64,000 nucleotides of DNA, taken from positions 192,001 to 256,000 of the forward strand of contig CAVVPN010000001.1 in NCBI GenBank assembly GCA_963750165.1, given 5' to 3'. The notes under the pieces are model-generated. The model did not search any database. It saw only the letters and a list, made by a program, of their open reading frames with translations, and was not told where the DNA came from. Position 1 is the first letter of the stretch. Each line of letters starts with the position of its first letter. Of the stretch, positions 33,928 through 43,200 are shown in pieces. The position numbers and the translations under genes are program-made. This DNA is from an uncultured Gemmataceae bacterium. GTDB lineage: Bacteria > Planctomycetota > Planctomycetia > Gemmatales > Gemmataceae.

Positions 33928-33987
33928 TGCACGCACGCCGCTGGTGCATTGACGAGCCCGAGGACGCCGATTGGAAAGGAGAACGAC

Positions 33988-34347
33988 GTGAATGACGCGC
34001 CTCACGGTCCGGAGCGCGGCCCCTCCGACGAGTTGCGGTACGAGTCCGAGAACCTCGACCGCGAGCTTGCCCAGGTGGAACTGGCCGATATCGTCCGGCT
34101 CAAGAAGCCTTACGGCTTGAAAATCGACCGGCAGAAGGGGCCGTTCGGGTTCGGCATCGTGGCCGAAATCCTGACGGTGCTCCCTGACGGCCGCACGCGC
34201 AACGTGAGCCTGTATCTCTACGACCCGGAGCGGAAGGAGATCTTCCTTGGGCCGAATGGGGTGCCTGAGTTCGTGGACTGCCACTGCTCGGAGATCGAAC
34301 TGTACAAGCGGGCAACGGACATGGGTTACGGCCCGCTGCTGGAGTGA
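33988..34347 (+). CDS. Hypothetical protein
   Basis: AAAGGAG RBS before GTG; protein-like composition. Confidence 0.6.
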   Translation: MNDAPHGPERGPSDELRYESENLDRELAQVELADIVRLKKPYGLKIDRQKGPFGFGIVAEILTVLPDGRTRNVSLYLYDPERKEIFLGPNGVPEFVDCHCSEIELYKRATDMGYGPLLE

Positions 34348-34698
34348 ACGAGGGGGCGGCGCCGGCAAGAAGCGGCCCGCCCCATTCCGGCATTCTGCAA
34401 AGGTTACATGGCGCCGCTCCTCTCTTCGTCTGCTTCCCTCCACCGAAATGGGCTGACAACCACAACAGTCCAGCAACGCGCTGCCGGGAACGTATCGAAT
34501 CGTCGGACCAGGCGGATCGGAATGGCCCCCCGAAAAGCGGCGCGCTGTGCGGGTGATTTTGGGATCGTCACCACCCGGAAAACCGCCGGTTGCCGGGAGC
34601 AAGAAAGTGTTTCAGGAGGAGCGTGACCGCCACGACCACCAGTGTGGGCAGCGGATACTTGCAGGCCAGCCACCCGGCGCCCAGGAAGAACAAAGCCG

Positions 34699-35493
34699 TC
34701 ATCGCGTTTCCTCCTCCCGGAAGGTGAGCGAGGGAGACACCAGACCAGTCGCAGTCCGGCCGTGCGGCTCGCGGCACTCCTCCGCTCGTGTTTCCCCCTC
34801 CCGACTCGAACTCGTTGTCTCCTCGGCCGCGTCGAACGGCTTCACGATACGGCGCTGGTAACGGAGCACCGTCGGCGGCAGCGACTCCTCCCCCGCCCGC
34901 CGCCGTGCGTCGTTTAGCAGGCGGAGGACGTTCAGCATCTGCTGGCGAACGCGCGCATAGGGCTCGAACGGTACGGTGTAAAGCTCGCGGCTCAGAGTTT
35001 CCGCCGGCCTGCGGACCGCCCTTTCCAAAAAATACGCCTTCAAGTCCCGGTACGCCTCCTGGCCGATCTGGACCCGTGAGTGCCACTTGTCGTCCGGCTC
35101 CGGCGGGTCGTCCGTCCCTGCCCTGGGCTTGAAATCCCCTTGTTTGTACGTGATGGAGTAACCTGAAAAGTGAAGCGGCAGCCTGCGGATGTCGCGGACC
35201 CGCTCCCCTTCCTCCTCGAAAAAACGGTGTTTGCCGTGGGTGGCGAGGAGGACGAAGAGACGCCCGTGGCGAAGGTAATGCAGGTTGGCGAGGCCGGCAA
35301 GTTTCCGCCGCGCCCGCGTCTGGCGCGAGATGGCGATGCCGTACTTTTCCTGGAGCTTCCCGTCCACGGCCCGCGGATCCTTGCCCGTGGGCACCCAGCC
35401 GCTGACGTAGAACCAGTAGCCGTGGGGCAGGTAGCAACAGGCCAGTTGCTGGACGAACCCCTCGACCGTCGTTGCTTCGCAGCGGTAGTGCAT
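34699..35493 (-). CDS. Conserved basic hypothetical protein (candidate DNA-binding/replication protein)
   Basis: MHYRCEA...HGYWFYVSG...RRKLAGLANLHY...PFEPYARVRQQ; Arg/Tyr-rich. Confidence 0.6.
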   Translation of the reverse strand: MHYRCEATTVEGFVQQLACCYLPHGYWFYVSGWVPTGKDPRAVDGKLQEKYGIAISRQTRARRKLAGLANLHYLRHGRLFVLLATHGKHRFFEEEGERVRDIRRLPLHFSGYSITYKQGDFKPRAGTDDPPEPDDKWHSRVQIGQEAYRDLKAYFLERAVRRPAETLSRELYTVPFEPYARVRQQMLNVLRLLNDARRRAGEESLPPTVLRYQRRIVKPFDAAEETTSSSREGETRAEECREPHGRTATGLVSPSLTFREEETR

Positions 35494-35760
35494 ACGGTGA
35501 AAAGACCATTCCTTCCCCGGCGTGGCGGAAGGCGGGGTTGTTTGTTGACGGCCAACCCCACGCCGATGAAAACCGTTTTCCCCGAAAGGCGCAAGGGTCG
35601 GTCCGGGCGTCGTACCCTTCCCAAACACGCAAGCTCCGACCCAGGAAAAACCTCCCTGCCACCTTGAAAACCTCTCCCTCGAAACGGTTCTCGGCGGGCC
35701 GCCACTATATTCCAAGTGCGACCGCGCCGAATTTATACGCGTACCGTCTGCGAACCTCAT

Positions 35761-35802
35761 GGCGGACGGCGGCGTGTCCCAGGGACACGCCGCCTGTCCG
35801 CC
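35761..35802. repeat. Near-perfect 42-bp palindrome
   Basis: GGCGGACGGCGGCGTGTCCC-A-GGGACACGCCGCC(T)GTCCGCC. Confidence 0.9.
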
Positions 35803-37038
35803 GCCAATTTGCCGCCACAGGAGGCCTTTTCTCCCGAAAAAGTCTCCTGTGACCGCTTCGCCTCCCGCCAAGGAATGCGGCGCGAGGCCCCGTACCAAGG
35901 GAGCCTCGCGCCCGATCTTCCGAACGCTCAAAAAGCCAGTCAGCCCTTTCGTCGTGGCAAATGTGTCCGGCACCACCCGTTGACACGCCAGCGGGTCGCG
36001 ACTGCCTTGCCGCACGCACCGCCCGGTTCCACCCCTGGCTCCCGCCAAAGGCATCCCCGGCTGTCTACTCAGGCCCCACTCCCAGACTCCAGCATTTCAA
36101 GCACGTGGGGAACCAAGCCCACGCACCGGCGACCAGGCCGGCCGCTGGAGCCCTTCCCGCGTTAGCCATCTCCTTCGTCTTCTGGGTCACGTGGCTATCG
36201 GGCGTTACCCCGAGGACCTCTGGCCGTATGTCCGGGCTCCCGCCGCGGCATAGTTTCGGCAAGGCCGTTTCTTACCCGGCTTCGCCATTTCGGGGGACAG
36301 AATATAGAAGCTCCTCCCTTACCCTTCGGCCAGGGTCGTTCGCCGTCACCACGGGCCGCTGTCGGCCTGCAGATGACATTCTCGGCGTCGTCTCCCAGAA
36401 AACTCACCGGCAAGCCCTTACGGGCCTTTCATGGTTGAGCTTTTCACGTCTCCGCGTTTAACGGAGTACACGGGTCAGTCTTACCCGTTTCCTGCTGTTG
36501 CCAGGCAGGAAGCTCCCCACGCCGGCCAACGTTCCACGAACCTCGCGTAGCGAGGCCCGAGGCCCGCGGGCGGATTTGCGGCCTGCCAGGCAGGACCGCG
36601 CACCAGCTTTGCAAGATGGCGGCTTTGGCGCACGCGCCAAAGGATGTCCGCGTCGCCCACATTCAGTACGAACGCATAGGATAGAACGCTGAGATTGCTC
36701 TTCTGGGAAACAAAGCCAGGAAGGATTACTTCAGCGAGCCTCCTTCGAGCACGGACAAGCCACTCTCGCGGCAATCCGGCTCTACCGGCACAGCACGTGA
36801 CGGCTGGTTAGTGCCATCCTCTTAGCCTGGTTGGTGGCCAGGTTTACCGAGCGTGCTGCGCGAACGGAAGACCGTGGTCAAAGCGTTTACGTCATTGACG
36901 ACCGGCAGGACCTATCCTCGCCCTGCGGTGCGGACGATAGCGCAGGAGGGGCGGAAGAACCACGACGATTCAGCCGTGCCGGCCAGACCCCCCGCCGGCG
37001 CGGGCGGGCGCCCGGTCGGAATAACACCGGCGGGCCAA

Positions 37039-37085
37039 CTACCTCGCTACCTCGCTACTCCACTACCCACCACACTACCGGTAGC
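37039..37085. repeat. CTAC-core repeats with 8-bp period (centromere-like)
   Basis: CTAC at 37039, 37047, 37055, 37063 and 37075; inverted GTAG at 37081. Confidence 0.7.
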
Positions 37086-37207
37086 GCGGCAGCGCACCGG
37101 ACCCGCCACGCCGTGTCGGATCCCCCTTGCGGTCGTCGTGCGGATCGTCTTACCCTGCCCCCAGGGTACAGGATGAACCCCGATCACCCGACGAACCGAG
37201 GCGCCCC

Positions 37208-38047
37208 ATGACCGACTATCTCGCCCACTTCGGCCTCAGCAAGGCCCCGTTCTCGACGACGCCGGACCCAGCCTTCGCCTTCGCGACCCGCGAGCACCGG
37301 CAGGCACTGGCCAAGATCGCCTACTACACCGAGGAGCGGCGCGGGATGTTCCTCTTGTTGGGTGAAGTGGGCACGGGGAAAACCACCATTTCGCAGTTGA
37401 CCAGCAACCGCTGGCGCTCCGAGCCGGGTCGGTTCGTCGCCGCGCACGTGACCGACCCCTCGCCGCGGACGCCGGCTGCCTTCCTGCGTCTCGTGCTGGC
37501 CTCCTTCGGCTTGCCGACCATGCGCAACCTCCTCGACCTCAAGGCGGCCTTCCGGCGGTTCCTCGTCGAACAGTACCGGGCCGGCCGCACCGTCGTGTTG
37601 CTCATCGACGAGGCCCAGACCATCCAGTCGGTCAACCTCGACACGCTCCAGGCGATGGCGAACGAGCAGACGCAGACCGCCAAGCTCCTTCAGGTCGTCC
37701 TGCTCGCCCAGCCGAACTTCGAGTACAAGCTCACGCAGAAACCCGCGCTCCGCTCGCGCATCGCCGGCGGCACCACGCTCAATTCCCTCACGCCGGACGA
37801 GGGAGTGGACCTCCTGCGCCACCGGATGGGCGTGGCGGGCGGCGACTTCGACCGCATCTTCCCACTGCCGACCCACAAGACGCTGTACAACGCGACGAAC
37901 GGTGTACCGCGGGACCTGTGCGTACTCTGCGACGCCGCCCTGTTTAATGCCCTGGCCCTGAACCGCTCTGCCGTCGATCCCGAATGTCTCGACCTGGCCC
38001 TCACGGACCTGTCGTTCAAGGGCTGGCAAAGGCAGCAGGCCGCCTAA
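37208..38047 (+). CDS. ExeA-family AAA ATPase (stand-alone)
   Basis: Y..HFGL...PFS.TPDP, GEVGTGKT, LIDEAQ and GVPR motifs. Confidence 0.9.
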   Translation: MTDYLAHFGLSKAPFSTTPDPAFAFATREHRQALAKIAYYTEERRGMFLLLGEVGTGKTTISQLTSNRWRSEPGRFVAAHVTDPSPRTPAAFLRLVLASFGLPTMRNLLDLKAAFRRFLVEQYRAGRTVVLLIDEAQTIQSVNLDTLQAMANEQTQTAKLLQVVLLAQPNFEYKLTQKPALRSRIAGGTTLNSLTPDEGVDLLRHRMGVAGGDFDRIFPLPTHKTLYNATNGVPRDLCVLCDAALFNALALNRSAVDPECLDLALTDLSFKGWQRQQAA

Positions 38048-38068
38048 ATCCCATTTCCGCCGGACACC

Positions 38069-38617
38069 ATGACCCGCAAGACCGCAAGCCTCGCCTACCC
38101 CGCCGACCCCCTCGCCGCGATCCGCGAGCTCCAGGAACTGGACGCGCGGCCGGCCGATGGCCAGGGCGGAGCCGGTGGCCGGGCCTCGGAACCCGGTCCC
38201 ACGCCGGCCCCGCGCCCTCTGCCCCCGCCCGAAGCCGCCGCGCCACCGCCAATGTCAGCTACCAGTAGCGCGGTAGCGAACGCTGGCGGTAGCGATGGAA
38301 GTAGCGCTACCAGCAGCGCAGAAGGTGGCGTTCTCCGTCCACGGCCCGGAAGGCCTGCCGGCCGACCGCGTGTCGAATCGGCAAGACATGAAACGGGCGG
38401 GAATCGGGACCCGATCGCGGAGGCGGTGCGGGAGATGCTCTCCGGGCCGTACGTGTCCGACCCAAGGAAGGGACCGTTCACGGTCTCCACGGTGAAGATC
38501 CCCACCGAGGTCTGGGACCGGCTCGGCTGGCTGTCGGCGTGGGCGGGGCGACCCAAGCAAGAGATCATCGCCGACGCGCTGAGGGAACATTTCGTGAAAA
38601 TCCTCAAGGACAGGTGA
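38069..38617 (+). CDS. Protein with a disordered N-terminus and C-terminal RHH-like domain (ParG-like)
   Basis: STVKIPTEVWDRL...GRPKQEIIADALREHF strand-helix-helix pattern. Confidence 0.65.
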   Translation: MTRKTASLAYPADPLAAIRELQELDARPADGQGGAGGRASEPGPTPAPRPLPPPEAAAPPPMSATSSAVANAGGSDGSSATSSAEGGVLRPRPGRPAGRPRVESARHETGGNRDPIAEAVREMLSGPYVSDPRKGPFTVSTVKIPTEVWDRLGWLSAWAGRPKQEIIADALREHFVKILKDR

Positions 38618-38624
38618 GGGGGCC

Positions 38625-39746
38625 GTGTCACGGGCACTAATACCGAACAGCACGCAGGTTCCGGACGTCATCCTCGACCGCTGGATGGCCGAGTTGTCCG
38701 GGGCGGAGTTCAAGGTGCTCTTGTACATCGCCCGCCGCACCTACGGCTTCGGGAAAGACGCGGACGACATCAGCCTCAACCAACTGGCCCGCGGCATCCG
38801 CCGCCGGGACGGCAGCTGGCTCGACCGAGGAACCGGGCTGTCCCGGTCCGGGGTGAAGTCGGCGTGCAGCTCGCTCATCACGAAAGGGCTGGTCATCCGC
38901 TCGGCGAACGTTGGCAAGGACGGCAAGGAACCCGAGGAAAGCACCTATCGGCTGAATCTGTACGCTCCTCTCCCGGAGCGGGTAGGCCAGAAAAAAGCCT
39001 ACCCGGGCCAGAAAAAAGCCCACGTAGGCCGGAACGGAACCGGAGGTAGGCCGGAAATCGCCCCAGGGGTAGGCCAAAAACTGGCCCCACAAGAAACAGA
39101 TCAAGAAACAGGCCAACACCCAGCAGCAGTGGGGGCCGAGGAGCCGGAAGGGGAGGGGTCGGAGAATGCTGCTGCGTTTCTCGTCGAGGAGCTGGTCTCG
39201 CACGGGGTCGGGCGGGCCGCCGCGGAACAACTCTCCCGTAACAAACCGGCCGTGTGTCGGCGCTGCCTGGAGTACCTGCCCTACGCGAAGGTGCGGACGA
39301 CGCCCGGGGCCTGGCTCGCCAACGCCATCCGCGCGGAGTACGGCCCGCCGGAAGGATACCTCAAACAGCAGGTGACAGGGCCGGACAGCATCTCGAACAC
39401 GGGCACGCCCAAGAAACGACGGATAAGGCCGGCAGGGGACTCCCATGCCGCGATCACCGCCCGCTTGAGGGACGCCTACGAGTTGCTTGAGAAAACGCGG
39501 CCTGACGCAATTACGGCCTTTATGGCGTACCTCGCGGCGGAGCAGAGCCGGGCCAGGCGGTTCGCCGCCAAGTTATCGCTCCGCCGGAGGGAGGAATACC
39601 TGGCGACGTTCGATTCCGAGGAGCATCGCCTGCGCGGGTTCGCCCACTGGGTCGAGTCCGAGGGCCGGGCTTTCGTCGCGCCGGAAGCGAGGGGGGACCT
39701 GGCCCCGCGTGGCCCCGGACAGGCGGCCAGTTCTCCGGCGCCTTGA
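38625..39746 (+). CDS. Replication initiator with a phage O-like N-terminal HTH
   Basis: PN.TQVP..ILD...LSGAEFKVLLYIARRTYGF.K..D.ISL.Q motif; internal iteron-like repeats. Confidence 0.8.
   Translation: MSRALIPNSTQVPDVILDRWMAELSGAEFKVLLYIARRTYGFGKDADDISLNQLARGIRRRDGSWLDRGTGLSRSGVKSACSSLITKGLVIRSANVGKDGKEPEESTYRLNLYAPLPERVGQKKAYPGQKKAHVGRNGTGGRPEIAPGVGQKLAPQETDQETGQHPAAVGAEEPEGEGSENAAAFLVEELVSHGVGRAAAEQLSRNKPAVCRRCLEYLPYAKVRTTPGAWLANAIRAEYGPPEGYLKQQVTGPDSISNTGTPKKRRIRPAGDSHAAITARLRDAYELLEKTRPDAITAFMAYLAAEQSRARRFAAKLSLRRREEYLATFDSEEHRLRGFAHWVESEGRAFVAPEARGDLAPRGPGQAASSPAP
38981..39080 (+). repeat. Five iteron-like repeats within rep (putative oriV)
   Basis: GTAGGCC(A/G)GAA-like cores with GGCC at 38985, 39006, 39027, 39049 and 39072 (spacing 21, 21, 22, 23); followed by CAAGAAACAG x2. 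Confidence 0.75.
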
Positions 39747-39878
39747 CGAGACCGAGACAGATCGTCCGCTCCGGCGCCCCACGCCACCTCCCGGCCTCCC
39801 CCTAGCGGCGGTTGAACCCTGCTGCCCATGATGTCAAAACGACCGACCGTTTCAGGATCAGCTCGGGGCTGTGGAAAA

Positions 39879-40060
39879 GTGTCCCACCGACTCGCGGGCC
39901 AGCTAATGGAGATCGTTTCCAGGTGTCCCACCGAGAGCCTTGGCCGGGATGGTAGACGGAATGTTCGCCAAGGGAGCCGCGGCGTTAGGAAAGTCGCTGA
40001 AACGCTGTTCCTGGTGGGACACCTCAGATCCGAACGCCCGCAGGCCGGGTGTCCCACCAG
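39879..40060. repeat. GTGTCCCACC repeat cluster
   Basis: Direct copies at 39879, 39923 and 40049, inverted copy at 40013; perfect 13-bp IR at 40011-40023 / 40048-40060. Confidence 0.8.
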
Positions 40061-40264
40061 CGACACACCGGTGGGAAGGGGGACCGTCAAGCCTACAAAG
40101 CGTCGGCTTCCAGCACTGACTGCCGACCACCATTCGGCGGACGTGAACGTGAGACTCCCGTTGTCCGTTATCGGTTTGCGCCACCCTGCAGGACTCCGGG
40201 TCAGGGCTCAAGGCTTTCCTCCGGGCCGAAAATGGTGCAGAACCAGTGGGTGACCGGAGGAGGA

Positions 40265-43200
40265 TGACAAGTCTTCAGCACACGCAATCACCCCAGGGCG
40301 ACCGAGAACAACCGGAGCCTGCCCCTGTGGCCCCGGATTCTGGGCCGTTGCTCAGAGCTGACTTCTTGATGGAACTCGAGCGGAAAAGCTCCGGCCTTGC
40401 GACCGACCCGAGAACGCTCAAGACAGGGCACGCGGCGGACCCCCGCTTGGTGCGGGCGGACGGCACCCCCAACGTGCCGGAGGCCGGGGAGGTCATGGAG
40501 CGGGAGACACCGGTTTTCTCGTCGTTCGCGACCAGAGCACGAACGCCGCCTTCGTCGCACCAACCCTTGCTGCCGTTCCCCGACCCAGACGACGCGCCGG
40601 AGTCTCCCCACAACGATCCCTCTGACACCGAAGAAACCCAAAATGCAGTACAAGACGATGGTCCTCGAACTCCTGCAGCAGCACTCGGAGATTCACGAGC
40701 AGCTCCGCAGCCAACGGATGTTGCTGCCGACGCTGGAACTCCTGGCGAGGCAGCTGAAGAACAGTCACGAAGCCTGGAAAGGTCGCCTTTCTCTGGCGAA
40801 GCCGGGCAGCGACCGGAGCCAGACCGAGAGCGAGGCCTTGGAGATCGCCCTAAAGGAACTGGAGGACTGTTTGACCTCACGATCTCCTTCGGGCGAAGAC
40901 GGTCCGCTGTCACTAGACGCAGCAATGGCGTTCATCCGCGGCCACCTTCCGCCCGCGTAAAGGCGTCACGAGATCAGCCGACGCTGTTTGACTCGCTTAC
41001 CGAGGAACAGTCTCCGGGACCGGAGGAAACAGCGCCGCCCGTGGTCCCGGCAATGCCCGCGGCTGCCGAAGCCCTTGACCCTCCTGGTCTGTATGCCTCC
41101 GGTGACGAACAGCCACCGCCCACCACATCCTTCACCATCGCCGGCGGCGAAAAAGCCAAGGCCCGCGACATCCTCGCCGCCATCCGCGCCGTCAAGACCA
41201 TCGACCGCGAGCGGCGGCCCGCCAGGCCGGAGGAGCGGCAGGCGCTCGCAAGCTTTGCGGGCTTCGGCCCCGTCGCCCTCTCCATCTTTCCCGACCCCGG
41301 CACCGGCCGCTACAAGGACGCCACCTGGCAGGCATTCGGGGAGGAGCTGAAGACGCTGCTTTCGCCCGAGGAATACGTCAGCGCCCGCCGCACCACCTTC
41401 AACGCCTTTTACACGTCCCCGACTGTCATCGCGGCCATGCACGAGGCCATCGATCGCCTGGGAATTCCTGGGAACGCCACGCTCCTTGAACCGGGCTGCG
41501 GCGCGGGCCATTTCATGAGCCAGGGCCGGCGCGGGCTGCGCTACATCGGCGTCGAGTTGGACCGCGTCTCCGGGCGCATCGCCCAGCTGCTCCACCCCGA
41601 CCAGGACATCCGCATCGAGAACTTTCGCGACACACGCCTGCCCGAGGGAATGATCGACGCCGTGATCGGCAACCCTCCCTTCGCCGACGTACGGCTCGAC
41701 TTCCACGGCCTGCGTCTTGCCTTGCACGACTTCTTCCTCGCCAAGGGGATGGACGCGCTGAAACACGGCGGCGTCGTCGCCCTGGTCACCAGCCATTTCA
41801 CGCTCGACAAGCAGAACGCCAGTCTGCGCGAGCACCTGGCCGAGCGGGCGGATTTCCTGGGGGCCATTCGCCTGCCGTCCGACGCCTTCAAGCGGCAGGG
41901 CACAAGCGTCGTCACGGACCTCGTGTTCTTTCGCAAGCGGGCCCCCGGCGAACCGGCCAACCACGCGGACCCGGCCTGGCTCGAGACCGAACCCATCGAC
42001 ATCGACGGCGTCGCCATCCCGATCAACCGCTACTTCCGGAATTGTCCCGAGATGGTGCTGGGCAGCTTCAGCCGCAAGGACCGCCTTTACGACGACGGCT
42101 ACAGCCTCGCCTCGAACGGCGACCTGGCGGAGCAACTCCGCGAAGCGATCCGCAATCTGCCCGAGGGCGTGGCTTCCGCCGTGCCCTCCCCTGAGCAGGT
42201 GCTCGCCCCGTCGAACACTGTCCCGCCATCGCTGCCGCATGTCACGGAAGGCAGCTTCTTCGTCGGCGACGATCGCACCATCCGCCAGTCCCTGGACGGG
42301 CGGTCGGTGCCGGTCACGTACGGAGGGAAAACCCTGCACGCTGGCGGCACGCTCAGCGCCAAGCGCCTGGCCGCCCTAGTCGGCTTACGCGATCGCGCCC
42401 GCCGCGTTTTGCAATCCCAGAACGAAGGTTGGCCCGAAGCGGACCGCAACGACGCACGCCGGGAACTGAACTGGACCTATGACCGATTCACCCTCGCCTA
42501 CGGCCCGATCAACAAGACCACCTTTGGGGAGACTGCCGACGGGAGCCTGATTCGTCGCATGCCCAACCTGGTGAAGTTCCGCGAGGACCCGGACGCGATG
42601 CTGGTCCTGTCCCTGGAAGACTACGACGAGGTCACGGGGCAGGCCACGAAAGCCGCCATCATGACCAGAGACGTGGTCGGCAGGAACCCGCCCATCACGT
42701 CGGTCCGGAGTGCCGAGGAAGGGTTGCTCGTCTCGCTCGACCAGCGCGGCGCGGTCGATCTGCCGTTCATCGTCACGCTCTACGGCCAGCCCGAGGAGAA
42801 GGTTGTTGCCGAACTGGGCGACCTGATCTTCCACGACCCGAAGTCCCGGACCTGGCAGACGGCCGACGCCTATCTCTCGGGCAACGTGCGGGCTAAGCTC
42901 GCCGCCGCCGAGCAGGCCGGCCCTGCATACGCGCGCAACGCCGAGGCCCTGCGGGCCGTACAGCCCGAGGACTTGCTGCCTGGCGACATCGACGCCAACC
43001 TGGGGGCGCCGTGGGTCCCCGAGAGCGACATTCAGGCGTTCGCAGCCGATCTCTTCCGTGTCACGCCGCCTTCGATCCAGGTCGGGCACTTGCAGAAGGA
43101 CGCGGTCTGGAGCCTCGACGCCGACTACGCCGCCCGGCAGTCCGTCGCCGCGACTTCCGAGTACGGCACGCCCCGCGCCAACGGCACCGGCCTCCTCGAA

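Noticed and set aside
37208..38047. Type II secretion ExeA or Tn7/Mu TnsC function
   Set aside because: No secretion genes, peptidoglycan-binding domain or adjacent DDE transposase
37039..40060. CRISPR array
   Set aside because: Repeats are short and degenerate, with no regular unique spacers and no cas genes
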